The notes: generated by a model from the letters alone, not told the origin. A stretch of 64,000 bases of DNA from Acidimicrobiia bacterium (GCA_965215185.1 OZ244034.1:576001-640000); one strand, 5' to 3'. Shown: positions 38,990-50,497, counted from the stretch's first letter. Numbers and translations are program-made.

Positions 38990-39979
38990 TCACTCAGGTA
39001 GGTCCAGTTGGCCGAAGCTGTTGCTGCCCCAGCACACGGCGGTACCGTCATTCTTTATTCCACAGGAGTGACGATCCCCGGCGGAGATGGCTTGATAGTG
39101 ACCTTCAGGTACGTCCAATTGGCCTTGTTGATTCGATCCCCAGCAGACGGCGCCGCCATCGGTTCTGATTGCGCATGAATGCGTGTAGCCATCGGAGATC
39201 TGCGTATACGTTCCATCGGGGACATCCAAAAGACCCCAGTAGTTTTTTCCCCAGCACACGGCCCTACCATCGGTTTTGATCCCACAGGAGTGAAAAAACC
39301 CGGCTGAGATGTCTATGAATTCGCCTTCGGGGATATTCAACCTGCCCAGATAATTGGATCCCCAACAGACGGCCGCGCCATCGGTCTTTATCCCACAAGC
39401 CTGACCGGTACCCACCGAGATGGTCTGGTAGTCGCCTTCGGGGACATTCAACCGTCCATAGTATTGATCTCCCCAACACAGAGCGGTGCCATCGGTCTTG
39501 ACCCCGCAAGCATGAAGGGGGCCGACCGAGATGGTCCGGAATGTGCCATCGGGGATATCCAACTCTCCGTTATGGTTATCTCCCCAACAGACGGCCGCGC
39601 CATCGGTCTTTATCCCACAGGAATGTCGACCCTCTGCAAACACGGTTCGGTATTCACCCGCAGGGACTTCCAGTTCTCCGCTGTGGTTCGACCCCCAGCA
39701 CACCGCGGCCCCGTCGGCTCTTGTCCCACAGGAATGCTCACTACCTGCAGAAATCTCCACATAGACGTTGGCTCCCAAGGTGGTGTAAGTTGTGGTTGGA
39801 TTCCTCGTGGTTGTTGAACTGGCGGCGGCGGTGGCGCTTGTTGGCATGGCGGTAGGAGAGGCCATTGCCGTTGTGACGGTTGTGGTGGCTGGCGCCTGCC
39901 CACAAGCAGACCAAAAAACCGCACCGACGATCATCCAACGGCCCACCCTCCAGCGGGGTTTATGTTTCCAAGGGCGCAT
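38990..39979 (-). CDS. Exported, probable lipoprotein with 7 RCC1/BLIP-II-like beta-propeller repeats
   Basis: Hydrophobic leader ending WSAC, Thr-rich linker, then seven about 37-aa repeats of IS.G..H.CGI.TDG.AVCWG.N..G.L..P.G. Confidence 0.85.
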   Translation of the reverse strand: MRPWKHKPRWRVGRWMIVGAVFWSACGQAPATTTVTTAMASPTAMPTSATAAASSTTTRNPTTTYTTLGANVYVEISAGSEHSCGTRADGAAVCWGSNHSGELEVPAGEYRTVFAEGRHSCGIKTDGAAVCWGDNHNGELDIPDGTFRTISVGPLHACGVKTDGTALCWGDQYYGRLNVPEGDYQTISVGTGQACGIKTDGAAVCWGSNYLGRLNIPEGEFIDISAGFFHSCGIKTDGRAVCWGKNYWGLLDVPDGTYTQISDGYTHSCAIRTDGGAVCWGSNQQGQLDVPEGHYQAISAGDRHSCGIKNDGTAVCWGSNSFGQLDLPE

Positions 39980-40030
39980 CACGTGTATGAACTTTCGAGC
40001 CAGACGTTGCTGTGCGGTGTTTTCCATTGA

Positions 40031-42017
<1,987 letters not shown>

Positions 42018-42018
<1 letters not shown>

Positions 42019-42557
42019 TGGGCTCCGATCTGAAACGCCAGAATATCCGCCAAGTGGTTGCCTTGCAGATCGGTCGGCCTCCCCGATCCGACTCTAGAGT
42101 GATATCAGTTTGCCATTTGGGTTTGCCGGTGGTGGTGCAGACCCCACCGATTCTGGATGATGGCACTCCATTCCCCACCCGCTACTGGTTGTCCTGTCCC
42201 TTGGCGGTGAAAAGAATCTCTCGAATCGAGGCGGAAGGAGGGGTGAAGAAGATGGACGCCCGGGCGGAGTGGGACGCGGCCTTCTCCGCCCGCCTGAAGA
42301 CCGCCCATCTGCGTTACGCGGATCAGCGGGACTCTGACCTTCCCGCCACCGCTCGATACCGGCCTTCGGGCGGGGTGGCAGGTTCCCACCGGGGCGTTAA
42401 GTGCCTCCATGCCCATTTCGCCGACCATCGGGCCGGAAATGACAATCCAGTGGGGGAGTGGGCGGCGCCGCAGGTCCAACCGTTGGATTGCGTCGAACCT
42501 TGTGTATTGATCCTCCCCGATGGGCCGGTGCCCAACCCGGATTGGAGAGAGCCTTGA
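42018..42557 (+). CDS. DUF501 family protein
   Basis: Q.GR.PR, DGTPFPT.YWLSCP and VKCLHAH; conserved eno-ftsB-DUF501-ppx synteny. Confidence 0.92.
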
Positions 42558-43435
42558 TCAAAGGGGCAGTGGACATCGGGACCAACTCGACGCGCCTGTT
42601 GATGGTTTCCGGGGAGGGGGAGGTGGGACGTTGGCAGACCGTCACCGGGTTGGGAAGGGGCCTCGGCGAGCGGGGTCTTCTTACCGAAGAGTCGATGGCT
42701 CGCACCCTGGCGGCGCTGGAGCAGTATGGGAAATTGATGTCTGACCGGGAGGTGAAAGCCCGGCGAGCGGTAGCTACTTCGGCGGTGCGGGACGCCGCGA
42801 ACCGGGTTGCGTTCCTGGATAGAGCGGAGAAAGCTCTGGGGGTCAGGCCGGAGAACATTTCCGGGGAGGAGGAAGCCCGCCTGTCCTTTACCGGAGCTGT
42901 TTCGGAATTATCTGCTACAGAGAACTGCATGGTGGTGGATATCGGCGGTGGCTCCACCGAGTTCGTCTGGCGCAATCGCCAAGGGGTGACCGAAGGGGTG
43001 AGTCTCGATATTGGTACAGTACGCATGACCGAGACGGTGTTGCCCGACCGTCCGCCCTCGCCCATGCAGATAAGACGGGCCTTTGACCAGGCCGCGAAGA
43101 TGATGGCGGAAGTTAGCCTTCCTCTTCGCTCCAAGGTGGTGGGCGTGGCCGGTACTTGGACAAGCTTGGCGGCGATTGGACTACGCCTGCAGACCTACGA
43201 CCGCCATCGAGTGCACCACTGCACTATGACATCGGCCCAGTTGGCCATACTGTTGTCGGATTTGGCTCGGTTGACCGTCGCCGAGACAGTTGCCTTACCT
43301 TCCTTGGAGCCAGCCCGAGCGCCGATGATCCTGGCTGGGGCGGTGATAGCTCACGAGGCCTTGCGCCGCCTGGCCTGCACCGAGATACTGATCTCCGAAT
43401 CCGATCTGCTGGACGGGATAATCGCATTCCTTTAG
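42554..43435 (+). CDS. ppx: Ppx/GppA exopolyphosphatase
   Basis: DIGTNSTRL, ATSAVRDA.N, EEA.L.F.G, DIGGGSTE and D.LDG. Confidence 0.92.
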   Translation: MIKGAVDIGTNSTRLLMVSGEGEVGRWQTVTGLGRGLGERGLLTEESMARTLAALEQYGKLMSDREVKARRAVATSAVRDAANRVAFLDRAEKALGVRPENISGEEEARLSFTGAVSELSATENCMVVDIGGGSTEFVWRNRQGVTEGVSLDIGTVRMTETVLPDRPPSPMQIRRAFDQAAKMMAEVSLPLRSKVVGVAGTWTSLAAIGLRLQTYDRHRVHHCTMTSAQLAILLSDLARLTVAETVALPSLEPARAPMILAGAVIAHEALRRLACTEILISESDLLDGIIAFL

Positions 43436-43463
43436 TGGGGCCAGATGTTTGATGAGTGGTCCT

Positions 43464-43712
43464 TCAGTCGTTGGATTGGATAGCCGACCGATCTGCCAGC
43501 GTCTTGGGAGCAAGGATCGGAATGAAAAGAGCAGAGGCCAGGACAAGTAAGTCTTTGTCACCTGTCACCATTGCATCAGTCGGTCCGGCCAGCGCCAATT
43601 CCAATAGTGGGCGATCAATAGGGATCCCGGCACTCCGGGACAGGTGGCGACGCGGCGACTTCTGGCAGGCAGGGTATCTTCGTTGTTGTCGGAACAGATT
43701 TGAACTTTGGGG
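43464..43712 (-). pseudogene. Frameshifted remnant of a PIN-domain toxin
   Basis: The minus strand reads PKFK...PPVPECRDP, then after a frameshift near 43620 DRPLLELALAGPTDAMVTGDKDLLVL...IPILAP. The N-terminus is missing. Not in the ORF track. Confidence 0.75.
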
Positions 43713-43716
43713 GCTT

Positions 43717-44685
43717 TTAGTCGCCGAACTCGGGCAGCAGCCAATCGGCTAGCCATTCCAGTTGTTGCATGTATTGGCCGAAGCGCAGCCGCACATCGAG
43801 GATCACCAGTTCCAGACCCAGATTGGCGAAGGTCTCTATGGATCGCAAACAGTCGGAGCGATTTCCCACCACCAACAGGCCCTCCAGATCGTCAACGGTG
43901 TTGAATCCTCCCGAAGCGGGAGTCACCCAATGTCGGGCCCCGGCCGAACTGACTCCCAGGGCGTTGACGTCGATGGAGTCACGGGCCCGTTGGCGATCCG
44001 GGTCGGCTATAACCAGTGGAATGGTGCCTAGGAGGATGTTCTTTCCGTGTTCTTGGGACAGTCGGTTCAGATAGATGAGTCGATCCTTGAGGGTGTCGAT
44101 GGGAATCCGGCCCGGTATCCACCCGTCCATCAGGGTCACCGCTCGCCGCGCCGCTGCCCTGGTGCTTCCCCCATAAAGAAAAGGAATGGGAGCGGCCGGT
44201 TTGGGTCTCAACGTGAAATTCTCCACCTCGAAGACTTCCCCCTGAAACGACACGTTGTCCTCTGTCCACACACGGTGACAGATTGCCACGGTGTCTTGGA
44301 GGATGGGGATGCGGCGGTCTTTGTCGAGTCCCGCTGCCGCAAATTCCGCCTCGTTGCTTCCCAAGCCCATGCCAATCATCACCCGACCCTCTGAGAGGTA
44401 GCTGAGAGTGGCCAGGTTCTGGGCGAGTTTCAAAGGCCAGCGCAGGGGGATCAACACTGCGGTACCCAACATCATCCGGGTGGTGACCGAGGAAAGGGCG
44501 GCCAGGGTCAGAAGCGGCTCCAGGAAGGTGCGGTCGTTTCCTTCCATTCCGTGAGGCTCCCACACCAGGTGGTCTCGCACCCACAAAGAGTCGAAACCCA
44601 TTTCCTCGATGATTGGGGCGTTGTTGACCAGGGTCTCGCGGGACGCCCATTGTCCGAAATGGGGGACGAGCACACCGAACTTCAT
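43717..44685 (-). CDS. LLM-class flavin/F420-dependent oxidoreductase
   Basis: MKFGV..P, GFDSLWVRDH, LGTAVL, SEGR...G.G.G and PKP...IP...GG. Confidence 0.9.
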   Translation of the reverse strand: MKFGVLVPHFGQWASRETLVNNAPIIEEMGFDSLWVRDHLVWEPHGMEGNDRTFLEPLLTLAALSSVTTRMMLGTAVLIPLRWPLKLAQNLATLSYLSEGRVMIGMGLGSNEAEFAAAGLDKDRRIPILQDTVAICHRVWTEDNVSFQGEVFEVENFTLRPKPAAPIPFLYGGSTRAAARRAVTLMDGWIPGRIPIDTLKDRLIYLNRLSQEHGKNILLGTIPLVIADPDRQRARDSIDVNALGVSSAGARHWVTPASGGFNTVDDLEGLLVVGNRSDCLRSIETFANLGLELVILDVRLRFGQYMQQLEWLADWLLPEFGD

Positions 44686-44740
44686 CAGCGGTCCTCTCTG
44701 TACGCGGTCTTCGGTATCGACGGCAGGCCGGAGCCTGCGG

Positions 44741-46177
44741 TCAGGAGCGGGGACGCAGGTAGAGGCCGGCGTTCTTGGCGCTGGCCATGTCCGGGTCGGG
44801 CTCCTGGGGCACGCCAGCTATGTAGCGCCCAAAACCGGGTTCTGCTGTGATCTTCCCATCTTTGAAGATGACTTTTCCCCGCAGCATGGTGAGCACCGGC
44901 TTTCCCATCAGATTCCAGCCGTGATAGGGAGTCCAGTTGCTCTTGCATTCCATTTCTCCGTCTTGGGGCACGAAAACCTGATTGGGATCGACGATCACCA
45001 GGTCGGCGGACGATCCCGGCAGGAGAGCGCCTTTCTCCGGATAGAGTCCCAGCACCCTGGCGGGCGCTTCGGTCAGAGTATGCACCAACCGTCCCAGCTG
45101 GAGGTTTCCGTTGTGGACGTCGGTAAGCAACAGAGAGAGCAGGTGCTCGTAGTGAGGCGCCCCGAACGGCCCGATCAGCGGGCTTTCTTCCATTAGCGTC
45201 AACTCTTCCAGAAGGTGAGGAGCGTGGTCGGAGTCGATGATGTCTATCAAGCCGCTGTCGAGGCCCTCCCAGATGGCGGCCATCCGGTCGGGATTGGAGG
45301 TGACCGCTCCGCCCGGGATGGCCCGGGCACCCTGGCTGCGGATGTCCTCGTCCCGTAGGTGGAAGTACTTGGGATCCGACGCCACCGTTACTGGCAGCCC
45401 GTCCGCCTTGGCCTGGGCCAGCAGCCTAAGGCTCCCGGGGGCATGAGTGTGGACCACCTGCATGCGCATGCCGGTCTCTCTTTGTACCTCCAAGAGGATG
45501 GCTACGGCCAGTCGCCACACGATGTCGCGGGTGTAGACATCGCTGAAGGTGAAAATGTCTCCGGGTCGCCCTTTGGCGACTTCCTGGTGGTAGAGACTTT
45601 CGAAAAGGGTCTGGGCGAAGGGGTGCACTACGCAAGGGAGGCCGGTCTCCGCAATGGCGTTGAAGGTGTCCAGCAGCCGGGCGGGGTCGGCGATGGCGAG
45701 CCGGGGATCGTGGGGGTATCCGCCCGTTACCTGGAAAAATTTGTAACCTGTCGCTCCCGCCTTGGCCAGCTTGGGGATTTCATCCAGTTGGGTGGGACCC
45801 ACGAAATGGCCCCAGTCGATTATGCACAACTGGTCGGCGATCGCCTTCTTTTCTTCGAATTGTTCGACGGTCACGGTGGGGGGTTCCACATTGGGCATAT
45901 CCACAAAGGTGGTGTACCCCCCGGCGGCGGCAGCCCGGGAGGCGGTCAAGAAGTCCTCTTTCTGCTCGTATCCGGGTGAACGGGTGTGGGCATGTAGATC
46001 GATAAGACCGGGGAGAACCCAACGACCTTGAGCGTCAATCTCCTGATCGGCGGAGATGGGGCTGGACGGATCCAGCAGGGCCGTGACCTTTTCTCCTGAG
46101 ATCAGCAGATCGCTCTTCAAACCCCCGGTGGGAGTTTGGATGGTCCCCCCCCGAACGCGCGTAGTCCTATCGTTCAT
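44741..46177 (-). CDS. Cyclic amidohydrolase (dihydroorotase/allantoinase family), divergent
   Basis: PGLIDLHAH, AAAAGG.TT..DMPN, GYK, SDHAPH and KG.L.PG..ADLVIVD. The ATG at 46177 follows a GGAAGG RBS. Confidence 0.88.
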   Translation of the reverse strand: MNDRTTRVRGGTIQTPTGGLKSDLLISGEKVTALLDPSSPISADQEIDAQGRWVLPGLIDLHAHTRSPGYEQKEDFLTASRAAAAGGYTTFVDMPNVEPPTVTVEQFEEKKAIADQLCIIDWGHFVGPTQLDEIPKLAKAGATGYKFFQVTGGYPHDPRLAIADPARLLDTFNAIAETGLPCVVHPFAQTLFESLYHQEVAKGRPGDIFTFSDVYTRDIVWRLAVAILLEVQRETGMRMQVVHTHAPGSLRLLAQAKADGLPVTVASDPKYFHLRDEDIRSQGARAIPGGAVTSNPDRMAAIWEGLDSGLIDIIDSDHAPHLLEELTLMEESPLIGPFGAPHYEHLLSLLLTDVHNGNLQLGRLVHTLTEAPARVLGLYPEKGALLPGSSADLVIVDPNQVFVPQDGEMECKSNWTPYHGWNLMGKPVLTMLRGKVIFKDGKITAEPGFGRYIAGVPQEPDPDMASAKNAGLYLRPRS

Positions 46178-46260
46178 CTGGTCTATCCGTCCTTCCGTGT
46201 TTAGATGTCCTGGGTTCAGGATAATCGGCCCAATCGGTCTTACAATCTTCAAGGTATCAG

Positions 46261-46344
46261 GCCCGGGTGGCGGAATCGGCAGACGCGCTGGACTTAAAAT
46301 CCAGTGTCCTTCGTGACGTGTGGGTTCAAATCCCACCCCGGGCA
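46261..46344 (+). tRNA. tRNA-Leu, anticodon TAA
   Basis: GCCCGGG/CCCGGGC acceptor stem, D arm GGCGGAATCGGCAGACGC, anticodon arm CTGGA-CTTAAAA-TCCAG, long variable arm, GTGGG-TTCAAAT-CCCAC and discriminator A. CCA is not fully encoded. Confidence 0.96.
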
Positions 46345-46575
46345 CCTGAATAAGGCATAATTATGCTAGGTCAGAGCCTAATTGGAAATCGCTAGTACTA
46401 CTTATGGTACGAAAACGGAACGTGAGGGCCTTTGGCGGTGGGCGGTTGGGAGGTTACATCGGTCAAGCCGCCCGGTTCGTTAAACTTTGGTGTTACATAG
46501 TGGATAGCCCGACGGCTGAAGATTCTTGGTCGTTTTGATAAAGCCAGAGGGCAGGACACTCTGAAAATATCAGGC

Positions 46576-46620
46576 CTTGAAGGCCCCCGTGGAGCACCAC
46601 CTCCGGCGGGGGCCTTCAAG
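46576..46620. terminator. Strong inverted repeat (terminator-like hairpin)
   Basis: CTTGAAGGCCCCCG and CGGGGGCCTTCAAG form perfect 14-bp arms with an inner GGAG/CTCC pairing. No long U-tract. Confidence 0.55.
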
Positions 46621-46838
46621 TATCCGGGCAGAGTGTTCCCACCCTGGGCACGGACAACCTGATCGAGAATTCGCCCAAACTGGGGTCTTCGCGTGTCCCC
46701 ACCAGTCGGTTCGGGCATGGGCGGGTTACCGCCATTCCGTTCTTTATCAATCTAGCCTTCGCGGTACGGAGGTTCCTCAACCGATATTCCCCACGCTGAC
46801 ACCCCTTGATCCTCCGGATGGCGGCGCAGAACCTGTTT

Positions 46839-48743
46839 ATGCATAGAGATACACATTCGGGGAACCGCTGGACAAGGCGAGTCGTGGCTGTGATTGCGAT
46901 TCTGATCATCGGGTTCCTGTGGTTCGCATTGACCAATGATGGTGGAGATCCACCAGAAGACTCGTTCGTCGAAACTAACGGAACTCTTGATTCTACCCCA
47001 GACCCTTCCTCCGGCGGTCAATCACCTGAATTCCCTGCTGAGTCACCGCCCACATTCACCCCTACCCCATCCGGCGCCACCACAACCACCGCCGCCGCAA
47101 CCACAACCACTCCAACTACAACCACGGCTATTTCCTCGCCTGACACCATCACCACCCATCCGCCCAGGGTGTGCGATGTCAACCCTCCCTCCACCGAAAC
47201 AGAGGGGTCGGCCTCGCCCAGGATCGTGCAGCTGACTGGCGAGCATTCGGCTGCCCTTGCCATAGCCATTTCACGTAATCTCTACACCTGCGCCAACGAC
47301 GTGATAGTCACTCACCCCACTGACTTATATTCTGCAACCATCGCCGCCCAGTTGGCCGTCCTTCATACCTCTCCCATGCTCTATTATCTTCGCGGCGCGT
47401 CTTCGGAGGAGACGTTGGCCGAAGAACTGGAGCGGCTGGCGCCGAGAAGGGTGTGGCTCATGGAAGGAATGCCTGCCTCTTTGGTCCCGCCGGGTGCGCA
47501 GATCATACGAATGCCTTCCCGACCCGAGGATCTGACCGAGTGGATACAGCTGCATGATCCCACGGTGGAACTCGGATATTTCCCTACGCTCGGCCACCGT
47601 TCCCTCCACTCGCTGGTGATGATCGCGGGAGGGTTGAAAATGGTTCTCGCTCCCTTTACCTGGCCTCTGCTAGAGCCTTCCGAGGAGATGGTCATGGGTA
47701 GTGCTGACCGGCCGTTGCGTTCCCCCCGCTTGTGGGTGGTCGACCCCAACCGACCGGCAGCCGGATTGGCCGTGGCTGCAGCCGCCTTTACGCTGGGGGA
47801 AGCCGCCATCTACTGGAATCCGGACCAGCAGGGCGGATGGATCGAGGTGGGCAAAGTCCTTGAAGCGCAGGCGGCGGACGTGGCGGAGATCTGGGTGGCG
47901 GGACCGGTATCGGACTCGGGGCGGTGGCTGCTGGAGTCCACGGTTTCCGGTCCGGAATTGCCCGGTGGAGGCAGAACCATGTTTCCCGATCGACGACTGG
48001 TGGCTTTCTACGGCGCTACCTCCACCAGTCGTCTGGGAGTTTTGGGCGAACAAGGGCCGCAAGAGACCCTGGAACGTCTGCAGCCCTACCTCGGGGAGTA
48101 CACGGCCGATGGGACAATGACCATCCCGACTTTTGAGATAATCGCTACCTTGGCCACCGGTGCCGCTGGAGAGGACGGTAACTACTCAGGAGAATTCTCC
48201 ATCGAGACTTTGATGCCCTGGGTGGATTTCGCTGGGGAAAACGGCGTCTATGTGGTATTGGACTTGCAGCCGGGCCGAACCGATTTCTTGACCCAGGCCA
48301 AGCAGTACGAGGAACTTCTCAAACTTCCCCATGTGGGACTGGCCCTCGATCCGGAGTGGAGGCTGGAAGCCAACGAGGTGCATCTGGTGCAGATAGGGTC
48401 GGTGGACGCCCTGGAGGTCAACGCCGTTATTGAGTGGCTGGCAGCGCTGGTCAGAGAAGAGAGGCTGCCTCAGAAACTGCTGATGGTTCACCAGTTCAGG
48501 TTCTCCATGTTTCCCAACCGAGAGCTTTTAACCACTCCTCCCGAGTTGGCAGTGGTCATCCACATGGATGGTCAGGGTTCTCTGGGATCCAAATACAACA
48601 CCTGGGAAGCATTGGTGGCGGGTACCGAGGATCGAGGGTGGTTTTGGGGATGGAAGAACTTCTTCGATGAGGACTTTCCGCTCGCCACCCCCCAACAAGT
48701 CCTCGATCTGACGCCAGTGCCTTTTTTTGTCAGCTACCAATAG
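46839..48743 (+). CDS. Membrane-anchored cell-envelope protein (cell-wall-binding-repeat-like region plus conserved actinobacterial C-terminal domain)
   Basis: N-terminal transmembrane helix, Thr-rich linker, LTG....LAIAIS..AAQLA....PML; C-terminal ELPGGG..FP.RRLVA.YG, LDLQPGR, LALDPEW and KNFFDED. Confidence 0.78.
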   Translation: MHRDTHSGNRWTRRVVAVIAILIIGFLWFALTNDGGDPPEDSFVETNGTLDSTPDPSSGGQSPEFPAESPPTFTPTPSGATTTTAAATTTTPTTTTAISSPDTITTHPPRVCDVNPPSTETEGSASPRIVQLTGEHSAALAIAISRNLYTCANDVIVTHPTDLYSATIAAQLAVLHTSPMLYYLRGASSEETLAEELERLAPRRVWLMEGMPASLVPPGAQIIRMPSRPEDLTEWIQLHDPTVELGYFPTLGHRSLHSLVMIAGGLKMVLAPFTWPLLEPSEEMVMGSADRPLRSPRLWVVDPNRPAAGLAVAAAAFTLGEAAIYWNPDQQGGWIEVGKVLEAQAADVAEIWVAGPVSDSGRWLLESTVSGPELPGGGRTMFPDRRLVAFYGATSTSRLGVLGEQGPQETLERLQPYLGEYTADGTMTIPTFEIIATLATGAAGEDGNYSGEFSIETLMPWVDFAGENGVYVVLDLQPGRTDFLTQAKQYEELLKLPHVGLALDPEWRLEANEVHLVQIGSVDALEVNAVIEWLAALVREERLPQKLLMVHQFRFSMFPNRELLTTPPELAVVIHMDGQGSLGSKYNTWEALVAGTEDRGWFWGWKNFFDEDFPLATPQQVLDLTPVPFFVSYQ

Positions 48744-48762
48744 GTCTCTTTGGTGGCCCTAT

Positions 48763-49335
48763 TCAGCGCTGATGATGCTGCATGGCCAAGGTCCAAGACA
48801 CCAGCGCCTGGAGCAACCTTTCCACCTGCTCGAGAACCCGAGGGTCCAATAGCTGCAGGTTGTCATCGAACTTGTTCCAGATTTGTCGCACTTTCACCGG
48901 GGGCGCCGGCAGTTCGAACACCCCGGTGTTGCGCAGCACATCCCGCACGTGAGACTGGGCCCGATGGCTGCCAAACCCTCCGCCGCCACCCATCAGGGCG
49001 GCAGTCATGCCCCCAAGGGGCGAATCTGGACCCCGCGATGCCCAGTCGATGGCGTTCTTCAGCACCGCCGGCACCGAGGAGTTGTACTCAGGGGTCGAAA
49101 TCAGCATCGCATCGGCCGCGCGCAGTTTGGCCCGGAATTCGGCAACCGAAGTCGGCATCCCCGCGTCTTCCACGTCACCGTTGTAGAAGGGAAGATCGTC
49201 TAAGCGCACCAACTGCAGTTCGGCGCCCTCGGGAATCACTTTCCAGGCCAACCGCAGCAAAGCGCTGTTGTATGAACCTCGGCGAAGACTTCCCGACATT
49301 CCTACGATCTTGATCCGCTCACCCATGGCGCTCAT
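48763..49335 (-). CDS. NADPH-dependent FMN reductase family protein
   Basis: GSLRRGSYN and TPEYNSSVPAVLKNAIDWASR. Confidence 0.92.
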   Translation of the reverse strand: MSAMGERIKIVGMSGSLRRGSYNSALLRLAWKVIPEGAELQLVRLDDLPFYNGDVEDAGMPTSVAEFRAKLRAADAMLISTPEYNSSVPAVLKNAIDWASRGPDSPLGGMTAALMGGGGGFGSHRAQSHVRDVLRNTGVFELPAPPVKVRQIWNKFDDNLQLLDPRVLEQVERLLQALVSWTLAMQHHQR

Positions 49336-49431
49336 GATATCTGTAAGGCGATGTGCCCCAACAACGTTGAATAGGCGGTGTTGCGATCCCCGTAACCTAA
49401 GGCAGATGGCCGGAACCACCGGGAGATACAG

Positions 49432-50403
49432 TTGATCGTTTTGGATGGTCCGCCCCTCCGATGGCGCCTGCCATCCTCATTGAAGGGTCTGGCTGTTTCA
49501 ATCGGGGTATTCGACGGTGTCCATCGTGGGCACCAGAGTCTGCTCTCCAAGCTGGTGCGGGAAGCCGACACCCTAGGACTCACCCCGGCGGTGGCCACCT
49601 TCGATCCGCACCCCTTGGAGGTCATGGCGCCCCGAAAGGCACCCAAAATGCTCACCTCGATCACCCACCGTCTCGAGATTCTGAAGGAGATGGGGATCGA
49701 AGTGGTGGGGGTGATGCCGTTTTGCGACATTCGGGAGATGGAGGCCAACGACTTCATAACCGAAGTGCTTTTAAAAGGACTGCGGGCCAAGCTGGTGTTG
49801 GTAGGAGAGAATTTCCAGTTCGGAAAGGGCAGGAACGGATCGCCCCAGACCCTGCACGGGGCCGGATCGGAACACGGATTCTCGGTGGGAGTAGTGGGGC
49901 TGTTGAGGAAAGGGGCCTCCCCCGATTCCAACCATTTTCCGATCACCTCCTCCCGGATCCGTCGATGCGTGGCCGAGGGGCGCACCGCCGAGGCGGCCGG
50001 GTTGCTCGGCCGGCCGTTTGAGTTGCGAGGAGAGGTGATTGAAGGTGACCGGCGAGGCAGGAAGTTGGGCATCCCCACCGCCAATCTCGACATCCCCGTT
50101 CGCATGTCTGTACCGGTCAACGGAATTTATGCCGCTTGGGCCGCGATCGACGGAGAAGTGCACCCGGCGGCCCTCAACATCGGGGTTCGTCCAACTTTTG
50201 GAGAGGGCAAGCTTATCACCGAGGCCCATCTGCTCGATTTCTCCCGCGATCTCTACGGGATGCAGATGAAACTGCGTTTCGTCGGCGACCGGATCCGACC
50301 CGAGCATTCGTACTCTTCGGTAAGTGAACTGATGGCGCAGGTGGATCTCGATATCACGGAGGTGCGCAGGCGGCTGGAGGCGTCGCCGCACGGGTTGGAA
50401 TAG
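49432..50403 (+). CDS. ribF: Bifunctional riboflavin kinase/FAD synthetase
   Basis: GVFDGVHRGH, TFDPHP, SSRIR, G.PTAN, NIGVRPTF and EAHLLDF. Confidence 0.95.
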   Translation: MIVLDGPPLRWRLPSSLKGLAVSIGVFDGVHRGHQSLLSKLVREADTLGLTPAVATFDPHPLEVMAPRKAPKMLTSITHRLEILKEMGIEVVGVMPFCDIREMEANDFITEVLLKGLRAKLVLVGENFQFGKGRNGSPQTLHGAGSEHGFSVGVVGLLRKGASPDSNHFPITSSRIRRCVAEGRTAEAAGLLGRPFELRGEVIEGDRRGRKLGIPTANLDIPVRMSVPVNGIYAAWAAIDGEVHPAALNIGVRPTFGEGKLITEAHLLDFSRDLYGMQMKLRFVGDRIRPEHSYSSVSELMAQVDLDITEVRRRLEASPHGLE

Positions 50404-50420
50404 GATTGTCGCCGGTCCAC

Positions 50421-50497
50421 TGTTACAATGTTTCGCGAGGTAATCGGGCCGGTACTAAGTGGTGCCTGGCCCCTGTATTTCTTACGAAGGGGAATCC
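50421..50497 (+). promoter_or_regulatory. Extended -10 (TGtTACAAT) and probable structured rpsO leader
   Basis: TGnTACAAT at 50421-50429, followed by a GC-paired segment (GGGCCGG...CCTGGCCC) before rpsO. S15 autoregulatory leaders are common at this position. Confidence 0.45.

Noticed and set aside
46261-46344. bldA-style TTA-codon regulation
   Set aside because: TTA codons occur in housekeeping genes here (for example rpsO GTA TTA and pnp CGC TTA GGA), so the tRNA is probably constitutive.
46178-46345. 56-aa N-terminal extension of the amidohydrolase ORF
   Set aside because: MPGVGFEPT... is the antisense of the tRNA; the real start is the ATG at 46177.
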